DNA from: Coriobacteriales bacterium
GTDB taxonomy: Bacteria > Actinomycetota > Coriobacteriia > Coriobacteriales > CADBOM01
DNA: 64,000 nucleotides
Direction of reading: 5' to 3'
Assembly (NCBI GenBank): GCA_050946275.1
Contig: JBMNUM010000001.1
Span: 92,690 to 156,689 of the forward strand
Under the pieces are notes generated by a model. It did not search any database. It saw only the letters and a list, made by a program, of their open reading frames with translations, and was not told the DNA's origin. Of the stretch, positions 8,813-17,684 are shown one piece after another; position 1 is the first letter of the stretch, and each line of letters opens with the position of its first letter. The position numbers and the translations under genes were made by a program.

Positions 8813-10460
8813 GGAACTCCACGTATCCAATCTCGCGCTCATCGAGAGCGCGACGCTCGAGTTCTCGCCCGGGCTCACGGTGCTCACCGGTGAGACGGGG
8901 ACGGGCAAGACCGCGCTTCTCGGCGCGATAAAGCTCATCATCGGCTCGCGGGCCGACGCCTCGTCGGTTCGCGACGGGCAGCGCGAGGCCGTGGTGGAGG
9001 CCCTGTTCTCCGTGAATGCCGAGCAGGAGACCGCCCTTGCCGAGCAGGGGCTCGAAGCCGCCGACGGCCAGCTGGTCGCACGGCGCCGCCTGAGTGCCGA
9101 CGGCCGCTCGCGCTGCTACCTCAACGGCGGGATGGCGACGGTCGGCGCACTCGAGGCATCCGTGGGCTCGCTCGTCGAGCTGCACGGTCAGCACGAGCAC
9201 CAGCGCCTTCTTACGCCGCGCTCGCACCGCCTGTTCCTCGACGCCTGGGGCGACGAGGCGATCTCCCCGCTGCGGGAGGGGTACGCTGCGGCGTTCGATG
9301 CCTGGCGGGTCGCATCCGATCGACTTGCCGAGGCGCGCGATTCCGCCCGGCTCACGTCCGAGAAGCTCGAGGAGGCGCGCTTCCTGTGCGCGCAAGTCGA
9401 GGCCGTCGGCCCGCAACCGGGTGAGCTCGACGAGCTCGAGGCGCGGCTGCCCATCCTGCGCGACGGCGAATCGCTTGCGCGCTCGGCAGCGGAGGCGCTT
9501 GCCATCATGCGCTCCGAGGGAGGGGCGCTCGAGCTGCTGGGAAGCGCCCGCCGCGCTCTCGCGCGCGGCGAGGGGACCGACCCGCGCCTCGATGCGCTTG
9601 GCGAGCGGCTCGAGGGCCAGCTTGCCGACATCGAGGACCTCGCGCTCGAGCTGCGCTCCTACGGCGAGCAGGTGGAATTCGACCCCGAGGCTCTCGCGGC
9701 CGCACTCGAGCGGCTCGGCCAGCTCGACGGCCTCGTGCGACGCTTCGGCCCAACATACGACGAGATGCTCTCGAGATGGGAGGAGGCGCAGCGGCTCGTC
9801 GCCCTGCACGACGACGAGGCCGGCATGCTCGGCCGGCTCGAGCGCGCAGCCGACGAGGCAGCCCGCAACCTGCAAGCCGCGGCGGCCGCGCTCGAGGATG
9901 CGCGGCGGGAGACCGCGACGGCGTTTTGCGCGGAGCTCGGCGTCCGTGTCGCCGAGCTTGCGATGACCGGCGCGTCCTTCGAGATGAGCTGCACGGAGCT
10001 CGAGATGGGCCAGTGGACGCGCGATGCGTCGTGCCGCTACGAGCTCCTCTACGCACCGGCTCCCACCGTCGCCCCGCGTCCGCTCGCGCGCATCGCGAGC
10101 GGCGGCGAGCTCTCGCGCGTCATGTTGGCGCTCGAGTGCATGGTGGACGCGGACGAGGGTGCCGTGCTCGTGTTCGACGAGGTCGATGCAGGTATCGGCG
10201 GGGCGACCGCCCGCGCCGTCGCGGATCTGATCGAACGCCTCGCGGCAACGCGCCAGGTCATCGTCGTCACGCACCTCGCCCAGATCGCGACGCGCGCCGA
10301 CGCGCATCTGCTCGTCGAGCGCCACGATGACGGGGAGACGGCGCGCACGGTGATCCGGCCCATCGATGGCGAGGAGCGCGTCGCCGAGATCGCCCGCATG
10401 CTCTCGGGATCCGTCGACGACGAGTCCCTGGCCCACGCCCGCATGATGCTCGGACGCTAA
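8805..10460 (+). CDS. recN: DNA repair protein RecN (SMC-like ATPase).
   Basis: 551 aa. Walker A GETGTGKT at the N-terminus, long coiled-coil, C-terminal ASGGELSRVMLAL signature and VLVFDEVDAGIGG Walker B. Confidence 0.92.
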   Translation: MIEELHVSNLALIESATLEFSPGLTVLTGETGTGKTALLGAIKLIIGSRADASSVRDGQREAVVEALFSVNAEQETALAEQGLEAADGQLVARRRLSADGRSRCYLNGGMATVGALEASVGSLVELHGQHEHQRLLTPRSHRLFLDAWGDEAISPLREGYAAAFDAWRVASDRLAEARDSARLTSEKLEEARFLCAQVEAVGPQPGELDELEARLPILRDGESLARSAAEALAIMRSEGGALELLGSARRALARGEGTDPRLDALGERLEGQLADIEDLALELRSYGEQVEFDPEALAAALERLGQLDGLVRRFGPTYDEMLSRWEEAQRLVALHDDEAGMLGRLERAADEAARNLQAAAAALEDARRETATAFCAELGVRVAELAMTGASFEMSCTELEMGQWTRDASCRYELLYAPAPTVAPRPLARIASGGELSRVMLALECMVDADEGAVLVFDEVDAGIGGATARAVADLIERLAATRQVIVVTHLAQIATRADAHLLVERHDDGETARTVIRPIDGEERVAEIARMLSGSVDDESLAHARMMLGR

Positions 10461-10491
10461 GCGCCACCCTGACCACCCACCGTTCGACAAA

Positions 10492-10666
10492 GGCAATCAG
10501 CAAACCCGCATTCCGGGGTTCCATGTGGGGGTTGCTGACCGCGCTTTAGGTTCAGGCAATCAGCAGGCCCGCATTTCGGTCTCCTAGGTGAGGTTTGCTG
10601 ATTGCACCTGCGCTTCGGGCAATCAGCAAACCTTCATTTCGACCCGCCAGGTGGGGTTTGCTGACC
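10492..10666. repeat. Family-B tandem hairpin repeat array, about 3 units of about 60 bp.
   Basis: Unit is GGCAATCAGCAAACCCGCATT-N13-GTGGGGTTTGCTGACCGC. CAGCAAACCC is complementary to GGGTTTGCTG, giving a 10-bp stem with a loop of about 19 nt. Three units were read directly. Confidence 0.8.
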
Positions 10667-10748
10667 TTGGCAAAGGGGTCACATGGCAAACACGTCTGGC
10701 GTGTTTGCCATGCACCTCACGCAAAGGCAAGGCACATTGGGGCTCTCT

Positions 10749-10803
10749 GGCAAAACTGCACGGAAAAGGGTGCCTGAGCTGCCCTTTTCCGTGCAGTTTT
10801 GCC
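10749..10803. terminator. Long perfect hairpin between convergent recN and murJ; candidate bidirectional terminator. It forms the 5' part of the two-copy element X.
   Basis: GGCAAAACTGCACGGAAAAGGG - tgcctgagct - CCCTTTTCCGTGCAGTTTTGCC. The stem is 22 bp. T/A-rich runs sit inside the stem arms (read as T-runs on either strand) rather than after the hairpin. Confidence 0.6.
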
Positions 10804-10924
10804 AGAATCGGGCTTGTTGGGCCGGGAACGCCACCCTTTTTCGAACGAAATTGCCGAGTCGGTCTCCGACCGTGGTTGCCACCGTGCCAGCTGACTTGTG
10901 GCCTTCGGCCACGCGCTGGTCAGA

Positions 10925-12658
10925 TTAGCCGCGGTTGCCGGCCACGCGACGGGTGAGGCGCCTGGCGAGCGAGCGGATGAGCTCCGTCTCCTGCACGCGG
11001 AAGAGCTTGGCCAGGCCGTAGAAGATGGCGAGGCCGATCAGCCCGAGCACGACGATGGAGAGGAAGGCCTGCGGAATCGTCGCAGAACTGCCGAAGTACT
11101 GGAAAAGAATGAGGACGAGGTACGCGGGTATGACCGCCGCGATGAACGAGCGGATGCCCGTCGCGAACACGCTCGGCAGGCCGTAACCGCCGACCTTCTT
11201 GCGCATGACGAAGCACAGGATGAAGAACATCACGAAGTAGTAGATCGTGTCTGCCAGGGGGATGCCCACGAGGCCGAAGCTGAGGCCCGTGGTGAACATC
11301 GCGTACATGCCGGCGTGGAAGACGCGCCCCACGGCATCGATCCAGGTGATGAGCTTGAGGTCGTGCATGGCCGAGAACGACCGGTAGAGGTACATGTATC
11401 CCGCGTAGAAGGGCAGCGACAAGCACCAATAGCGCAGCACGTCGGACACGGAGGTCACGTCATGGGCGCTGAACTCGCCCGCATGGTAGAGCGCGGTGAG
11501 CGGCTCGGCGAGGGCGAACATCAGCGCCGCGAGCGGGATGATGAGGAAGAGCGTTCCCGAGAGGCCTCCGCGCATCTTCTTGCGGAACGCGTCCCAGTTC
11601 TTCAGGGCCGCCGCGCCGCTCATCTCGGTGAGCATGGCGGTCGAGAGCGCCACGCCGATCACGCCGTAGGGGAACTGGTACCACAACCAGGCGTATGTCA
11701 GCGTCGAGGGGCCGTTGGGCGCCACGCCGAGCGAGAAAGCGTTGCGGAAGCTCACGACGATGAGGTTGACGACGACGAACACCGTCGCGGGCAGGGCGAT
11801 GCGCAGGGTCTCGCGCAGCGCCGGGTCGTGGAAGTCGATGTGCAGGCTGAGCTTGACGCCGTGCTTGCGCAGCGCCGGGATCTGCACGGCCATCATCGCG
11901 ACGACGCCGAGCGACGTTCCCACCGCCAGCACGACCTTGGCAAGCTCGGGGTCGCTCTTGTTGATGAACACGTACGAGAACATCGTGATGATGACCACGA
12001 TGTTGTTGAACACCGGCCCGAGCGACGGCCACAGGAAGTGCTTGTGGCCGTTGAGGATGCCCGATATGATGCCGCCCATCCCGTAGAACACGATCTGGAT
12101 CGCGAAGAAGCGGAAGAAGAAGATGGCCTGCGCCACGTCGGCGGGGTTCTCGGACATGAACGTCTGCGTGAACACGACCTGCGGTGCGAACACGGTGGCG
12201 AGGAGCGCGATGATGGCCAGCGCGATGGCGGCCAGGCACATCAGGTTCGAGGCGTATTTGTTCGCACCGTCGTTGCCCCGGGTCTTGAGCGTCGAGACGA
12301 ACACCGGGAGGAAGGCCGTCGTGATGATGCCGCCCGCGACGAGCTCGAAGAGCATGTTGGGGATGTTGTTGGCGACCTGGTAGGCCGACGCGAGGACGGT
12401 GTTTCCCAGGGCGAACGCGCACGCCCACGTGCGGATGAACCCGGTGATGCGCGAGAGCATCGTAGCCATCGACATGGTGATGGTCGACCTGACCACGCCG
12501 GCGACGTCGTCGTCCACCTCGCCGTCTGCCCCGACGATCTCGGATTCCCCGGCGGTGACCTCGGTGCCGGAATCGTCGGTCTCGGCTATGGCGACGGGAT
12601 CCGCGGTATCGTGCGCGCGCGGCTCCTCGAGGGATTCTGTTTCGTTTTCGCGTTGCAT
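10925..12658 (-). CDS. murJ: Lipid II flippase MurJ (MviN family).
   Basis: Polytopic membrane protein with MurJ-like N-terminal segments (SMATMLSRITGFIRTWACAFALGNTVLASAYQVANNIPNMLFELVAGG). Start chosen at MQRENE (ATG at 12658). The ORF track extends to 12814, but that upstream part crosses the palindromic promoter region. Confidence 0.85.
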   Translation of the reverse strand: MQRENETESLEEPRAHDTADPVAIAETDDSGTEVTAGESEIVGADGEVDDDVAGVVRSTITMSMATMLSRITGFIRTWACAFALGNTVLASAYQVANNIPNMLFELVAGGIITTAFLPVFVSTLKTRGNDGANKYASNLMCLAAIALAIIALLATVFAPQVVFTQTFMSENPADVAQAIFFFRFFAIQIVFYGMGGIISGILNGHKHFLWPSLGPVFNNIVVIITMFSYVFINKSDPELAKVVLAVGTSLGVVAMMAVQIPALRKHGVKLSLHIDFHDPALRETLRIALPATVFVVVNLIVVSFRNAFSLGVAPNGPSTLTYAWLWYQFPYGVIGVALSTAMLTEMSGAAALKNWDAFRKKMRGGLSGTLFLIIPLAALMFALAEPLTALYHAGEFSAHDVTSVSDVLRYWCLSLPFYAGYMYLYRSFSAMHDLKLITWIDAVGRVFHAGMYAMFTTGLSFGLVGIPLADTIYYFVMFFILCFVMRKKVGGYGLPSVFATGIRSFIAAVIPAYLVLILFQYFGSSATIPQAFLSIVVLGLIGLAIFYGLAKLFRVQETELIRSLARRLTRRVAGNRG

Positions 12659-12737
12659 TTGGTTTCCCGACCGCCTTTCGGATGCTTTCACGATGATAAC
12701 AAAGGGAAAACGCGCCGATGCCGATGAATAGCCCGTG

Positions 12738-12814
12738 TGGAACGCTCCCCGGGGGAGCGTTCCAACTGTTAACCGGCTGCAACTTGTGGAACGTTCCCCC
12801 GGGGAGCGTTCCAC
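12738..12814. promoter_or_regulatory. Two copies of a 27-29 bp palindrome, TGGAACGCTCCCC-G-GGGGAGCGTTCCA, centred 49 bp apart in the murJ / zinc-ribbon-operon divergent intergenic region.
   Basis: 12738-12764 is a perfect palindrome. 12786-12814 has one mismatch. A TATAAT hexamer at 12843-12848 lies downstream, toward the plus-strand operon. Confidence 0.6.
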
Positions 12815-12886
12815 TTCGCGCCCGCATTGCTCTCCATCTCGCTATAATCGTTGCAGGAAACACGGGTCGACGCGCGAGGAGGTGCC

Positions 12887-14497
12887 ATGAAGTGCCCGCA
12901 TTGCGGAGCTGAGCAGAGCAGCCATCTGAAGATGTGCTCCCAGTGCGGTTCGCCGCTTCTCGCGGGTTCTCCCGATGAGACGCTGCTCGTTCCCGAGGAC
13001 GTCTCCCAGGACGCGCTGCTCTCGGCCATCGCCGCACGGCTCGACGGCCGGGACGGCGACATCACGCTCGTGGCCCCCGACGCCGATGCGACGGTCGCGT
13101 GGTCCGAGGGCCGCCCCGGCGACCCGCTCGACCCGACGCTGTCGGACATGAACATCCCGTATTCCGCGGAGCACGCGGTCGATAGCGGCCGCGACGCGGC
13201 GATCGCGAGCCTCGACGATCCGACGGCTGGCGAGGACCAGTCGAAGTTCGCGGCCAAGTATTCCCGCTACGGGCACGGCAAGGAGGGCGAGCCGATCCCC
13301 GGCTCCACCATCGACAGCAGCGAGCCGACGGTCGCCGAGGTCGCGGCAGCCGCGGCGGTCGCGGCCGTCAAGGGGAGGAGCCGCCGTCGCTCGATCGGCA
13401 TCATGCTCGTCGTGATCATCCTGCTCGCCGGCATCGTCGCAGGCGGTGTCGCCTACTACATGCTCAACCAGCGGCAGGCCGCCGAGACGACCGGCGGAAC
13501 CCCCATCGTCTTCCGCCTCAACATCCCCGACTACCGCGAGGGCGCGGCGAGCCCCGTCCCCGTCCGTGTCGAGGGCAAGACGACCGAGGGGAGCGCCGTT
13601 TCGGACATCTTCTGCATAACGCCCTCCGACAACACGGTCGAGCTGCAGCCCGGCACGTACACGGTCACCGCCGCGGGTAGCCCCGTGACTGCGGACGGCA
13701 CCATCTACCAGTACCCGACCATCCCGAACAAGGTCACCGTCACCGCCACGACCGTGCGCGTCGATGAGGTCGCGACCGATGGCATCTCCTACGCGTACAC
13801 GGCGATCCTGCCCGAATACGTGACCGACGAGCAGATCCAGGCCATCGTCGCGTGGATGTCGCAGGCCGGCATCTCCGACGATGTCGCGATTCCCTACCGC
13901 GATGCGATCATCGCCTCGCGCCAGGCGCGCCTCGAGAAGCTCGCCGCCGACGCCGCGGCTCGCGAGCAGGCCGCCGAGGAGCAGGGACAGCAGGGATCCG
14001 AGTATGTGCCGCAGTTCGACGACCAGGGCCAGGCGGATGCGGCGTCGGGCTACTACATCGAGAACGATTTCGCCTACCTCGCCATCCCCGACTCGTGGGC
14101 GACGAGCGTCGAGTTCAACACCGAGAGCACGGGTGGCGAGGAGCTGCTCCGCATCTACCTGTACGGCAACCCGCAGCTGCCCATCATGTACGTCCGCAAG
14201 GTCGTGGAGGGGGAGGAGTCGTCCGCCACGTTCGACGACGATTCGGTCGACGCGGACATGGTCGAGGTCTGGCGCACCGAGCGCGATGGTGCCGTGTACA
14301 CCGTCGAGGCGTGCGAGTGGCCGTACCAGTTCAGCCAGAACCCCGGTTACCTCGGCCTATCGGAGGACCAGCGCAACCAGCTCGTGAGCGTCTCGACGGG
14401 CGGATCGCTCACGTATGCGGATGCCGCCTCGGCCGATGCGCATGCGGTCGAGTCCTTCCTGGAGGCCAACGTGATCCCGACGCTCGTCGTCAGGTAG
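12887..14497 (+). CDS. Zinc-ribbon (CxxC-N10-CxxC) single-pass membrane protein with a large extracytoplasmic domain; function unknown.
   Basis: MKCPHCGAEQSSHLKMCSQCG at the N-terminus, after SD GAGGAGG. TM segment IGIMLVVIILLAGIVAGGVAYYML. Paralogous to the product of 15589-17388. Confidence 0.8.
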   Translation: MKCPHCGAEQSSHLKMCSQCGSPLLAGSPDETLLVPEDVSQDALLSAIAARLDGRDGDITLVAPDADATVAWSEGRPGDPLDPTLSDMNIPYSAEHAVDSGRDAAIASLDDPTAGEDQSKFAAKYSRYGHGKEGEPIPGSTIDSSEPTVAEVAAAAAVAAVKGRSRRRSIGIMLVVIILLAGIVAGGVAYYMLNQRQAAETTGGTPIVFRLNIPDYREGAASPVPVRVEGKTTEGSAVSDIFCITPSDNTVELQPGTYTVTAAGSPVTADGTIYQYPTIPNKVTVTATTVRVDEVATDGISYAYTAILPEYVTDEQIQAIVAWMSQAGISDDVAIPYRDAIIASRQARLEKLAADAAAREQAAEEQGQQGSEYVPQFDDQGQADAASGYYIENDFAYLAIPDSWATSVEFNTESTGGEELLRIYLYGNPQLPIMYVRKVVEGEESSATFDDDSVDADMVEVWRTERDGAVYTVEACEWPYQFSQNPGYLGLSEDQRNQLVSVSTGGSLTYADAASADAHAVESFLEANVIPTLVVR

Positions 14498-14501
14498 ACC
14501 C

Positions 14502-15476
14502 ATGTCGTCCGCGCGCCGCTCCACCGGCACCATCATCGGATCCGCCGTCGCCTTCCTCGTCGTTGTCGCCGCCATCTGCGTCTTCGGCTGGCTGTCCGTG
14601 CGGCTGTCGGACATCCCGGTCCGCCATGCATGGCTCGCGGCCACGGAAGCGACCGACCAGGTCGACTTCCTGGAGGCGAACGGGGGCAAGGCCCCTTACG
14701 AGGGACGGTACCGCTACCAGCAGCTCGACGAGGAGGGGAGGCGCCTGTACGAGGCGATCTACCGCAACCTCTACTTCATGCGCGGCGACGCGTTCATCTA
14801 CGGAGCCGACGCCGACGATGCGCTCGACACGTACTTCGACCTCTGGTACGACTCGCCTGAGATCTTCTACACGGCCGACAACGCCTCGGCGACGGAGAGC
14901 TCGGTCGAGACCCGCTTCGGCACGGGCCATCTCGAGACGCTCGTCCACTTCCACTACCTTTACGAGCGCGACCAGATCCCGGCCGTCGCAGAGCAGCTCG
15001 AGGGCGAGGTCGCGGCCATCATGGCCGGCGTGGGCGACGGCTGGAGCGAGGAGGAGAAGGCCGCGTACTTCCACGACGTGCTCATCGAGCGAGCCGACTA
15101 CTCCTACGATTCGGAGCGGGTCGCCACCACGCAGCCCGAGTTCTTCGAGAGCAGCACGGTGGCCGGTCCGCTGCTGCGCGGAGAGGCGATCTGCGGGGGC
15201 TACACGCAGGCACTCGAGCTCCTGTGCCGTCGGGCCGGTATCGACTGCTTCACGGTGATCGGCCGCGTCGACGAGGAGGAGGACCCCGAGACCATGCACG
15301 CCTGGAACGCCCTGAACATCGACGGCTCGTGGACGAACGTCGACACCACATGGGACGAGGCGCTCTCGCAGGCGGGCATGCCGTTCGAGTACCTGTTCGT
15401 GACCGGTGCCGAGCTGCTCGAGTCGGGCCACCACGCCAACGACAACGAGGTGCTCCCCGATGCCTGCCGCACCTAG
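14502..15476 (+). CDS. Membrane-anchored transglutaminase-like (papain-fold Cys-His-Asp) protein.
   Basis: N-terminal TM IIGSAVAFLVVVAAICVFGWL. The core reads GEAICGGYTQALELLCRRAGI...HAWNALNIDGSWTNVDTTWD. ATG lies 5 nt after the upstream stop. Confidence 0.8.
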   Translation: MSSARRSTGTIIGSAVAFLVVVAAICVFGWLSVRLSDIPVRHAWLAATEATDQVDFLEANGGKAPYEGRYRYQQLDEEGRRLYEAIYRNLYFMRGDAFIYGADADDALDTYFDLWYDSPEIFYTADNASATESSVETRFGTGHLETLVHFHYLYERDQIPAVAEQLEGEVAAIMAGVGDGWSEEEKAAYFHDVLIERADYSYDSERVATTQPEFFESSTVAGPLLRGEAICGGYTQALELLCRRAGIDCFTVIGRVDEEEDPETMHAWNALNIDGSWTNVDTTWDEALSQAGMPFEYLFVTGAELLESGHHANDNEVLPDACRT

Positions 15477-15588
15477 CGGGGTGGGCTGCTTGTCGCCGGC
15501 AGCCTGTCGTGCAACTCCAGACGGGGTATAATGGCATCTTGAACGCAAACGAAACGTAGCTTAGTCGCAGCCGAACGGAGGTGCCGCT

Positions 15589-17388
15589 TTGATCTGCAAA
15601 GCGTGCGGAGCCGAACTTGATCGCGATTCCGAGGTGTGCCCGTCGTGCGGCGCGCCGATTCCCCAGCCTGTCGACGAGCCCGAGCCGTCCCTCGAGGACG
15701 AGCCGGGGGAGGACCTCGATGAGGAGTTGGGCGCCGACGAGTCCGATGATGCGCTGGACGAGGGCGAAGGCGAGCCCGAGGCCGACCTCGACGAAGAACC
15801 CGATGCCGACGCGACCGTCGTGTACGCACCGGATGGTGACGAGACCGTCGTGATCGGAGGCGACGGAGTCGATCCCGGCGATACCGCGCTCCTCGGCAAC
15901 GCCGATGCGACCGCCGTGTTCGGCGAGGCCGCTCCCGGGGATGACGACGAGGTGGTCGAGTACGTGCGCCAGGGCTTCGCCACCTTCATGCCCATCGAGC
16001 AGGGCTCGGACGAGGGCATCGACGTCGACCCCGACGAGCTGACCGTCCTCGAGCCCATCGCCATGCGCGACCTCGACGAGGACGAGGCCGCCACCACGGC
16101 CATCGGCCCCGCGTACCAGATGGAATCGGAGGCTCCCAAGAGCCGTCGCGGTCTCAAGATCTTCCTCGCCGTGTTCATCATCCTGCTCGTCGCCGCGGGA
16201 GCCGCGTGCGGCATAGGCTACTACAAGTACAAGGACCGCGTCGCGCACGAGGACGTCGCGGTGCACGTCGTGATGGAGGTGCCGGGTTACCCGGCGGGCG
16301 ACGATTCGTCCACCATTCCCGTGCGTGTCGCCGGCATGGACCTCGATGGCAACAACATCGACGAGCGCATGTACTTCGAGGAGACGTCCGGCGATATCGA
16401 GCTCAAGCGCGGCGAGTATCAGATCTCCGCTGTGGGCACGCCCGTCACGGGCGAGGGAACCATCTACCGCTATCCGAAGCGCTCCGCGAGCATCGTGGTC
16501 GACGAGACCGGCGTGCATGCTGCCGGTGCCGGTTCGGGTGGCGCCGAAGAGGGCGAGGACACCGAGGAGGCCGAGCCGGTCCAGCAGTCCGACGACGGCG
16601 CGGACTCCGGCGCGACGTTCATGGGCGAGAAGGTGCATCTCACCTATGAGCAGATCGCTCCCGAGCGCATCTCGGATGCCATGATCGACGACGCGGTCGC
16701 GTGGATGGCCGACTCCGAGGTCGATGCGCCCAAGGCCGAGACGTTCAGGGCCGCCATCACGAAGGCGCGCGACGCTCGCCTCAAGCAGATGGAGGAGGAG
16801 AAGAAGGCCCTCGAGAAGCAGCGCCGCGAGGAGGAGCTGAAGTCCGCGCTCGCCGGCAACCCCGCCAAGGTCGACTCGGCGTCGCGCGAGTGGGCGTTCA
16901 CCGGCGTCGTCGTGGAGTTCAACGTCGAGCACGAGGTCGACGGCGAGATGCGCTACTACAAGCAGTATGCGCTCGAGATTCCCGAGGAGGCGGAGTTCGA
17001 CCTCGTCAGCAAGGATGACGCGAAGAAGCTCGAGGAGCAGAAGAAGGCCGCCGAGGAAGATGACGGCGAGGGGGACGACGCTGCGGCGGACGAGAAGGAC
17101 GAAGCCGCCGAAGACGGCGATGCCGCTGCCGAGGACGAGGATGCGGCCGACGAGCCCGACCTCGTCGACCCGGTGAAGTCGACGAAGATCATCATGCTCT
17201 CGTCGGTGAGCTCGGGCTCGAGCGATACCATCGCCGCCAGCCCCTGGGCCGAGTACGTCGGCAAGACCGTGACGGTCAAGGGCAAGCTCTCGCAGTCGAT
17301 CGCGGACACTCCCGAAAACGAGCATTCCCAGATCCACTTCGCCGACGACGCCAGGATGATAAAAGACTTCGGCGTGATCGAGGAGTAG
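15589..17388 (+). CDS. Zinc-ribbon single-pass membrane protein, paralog of 12887-14497, with long acidic low-complexity tracts.
   Basis: TTG start after GGAGG. MICKACGAELDRDSEVCPSCG. TM GLKIFLAVFIILLVAAGAACGIGYY. Shared blocks with the paralog: IPVRV(A/E)G; (I/V)EL(K/Q)(R/P)G(E/T)Y...G(T/S)PVT(G/A)(E/D)GTIY(R/Q)YP; (D/A)(A/I)VAWM. Confidence 0.8.
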   Translation: MICKACGAELDRDSEVCPSCGAPIPQPVDEPEPSLEDEPGEDLDEELGADESDDALDEGEGEPEADLDEEPDADATVVYAPDGDETVVIGGDGVDPGDTALLGNADATAVFGEAAPGDDDEVVEYVRQGFATFMPIEQGSDEGIDVDPDELTVLEPIAMRDLDEDEAATTAIGPAYQMESEAPKSRRGLKIFLAVFIILLVAAGAACGIGYYKYKDRVAHEDVAVHVVMEVPGYPAGDDSSTIPVRVAGMDLDGNNIDERMYFEETSGDIELKRGEYQISAVGTPVTGEGTIYRYPKRSASIVVDETGVHAAGAGSGGAEEGEDTEEAEPVQQSDDGADSGATFMGEKVHLTYEQIAPERISDAMIDDAVAWMADSEVDAPKAETFRAAITKARDARLKQMEEEKKALEKQRREEELKSALAGNPAKVDSASREWAFTGVVVEFNVEHEVDGEMRYYKQYALEIPEEAEFDLVSKDDAKKLEEQKKAAEEDDGEGDDAAADEKDEAAEDGDAAAEDEDAADEPDLVDPVKSTKIIMLSSVSSGSSDTIAASPWAEYVGKTVTVKGKLSQSIADTPENEHSQIHFADDARMIKDFGVIEE

Positions 17389-17390
17389 TT

Positions 17391-17420
17391 GTTCCGAGCG
17401 TTCTTAGCCGAACGCTCGGA
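17391..17420 (+). terminator. Hairpin immediately after the zinc-ribbon operon.
   Basis: TTCCGAGCGTTC-ttagcc-GAACGCTCGGAA. The stem is a perfect 12 bp and begins 3 nt after the stop. No clear U-tract follows. Confidence 0.45.
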
Positions 17421-17684
17421 AACACTCGACGCTGCGCGGGCCCACAGCATGCCGCCTTGCCGTTCAACAAGAACCTCGCGGGCATAAGCCCGGCGAGAAC
17501 CTTGTTTCGCGGCAATTCGGCGCACTGTGGGCCCGCTCGCTGTCTCTGCGAACGATTCCGGGCTCGCCGGAGGTTGCCTCTCTCGGCCGCTCGACGCGGC
17601 TATCGCACTCGGCAGCCGGCCTCTCGCTGACGTTACTAACAATCCCGGGCTCGTTTTGGTTGCGGCGATCGGGTTTTTGTCTCA

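Noticed and set aside
10898-12727. A 609-aa plus-strand ORF antisense to murJ.
   Set aside because: It is a His/Arg/Glu/Asp-rich nonsense-like translation. The minus-strand frame is a canonical polytopic MurJ.
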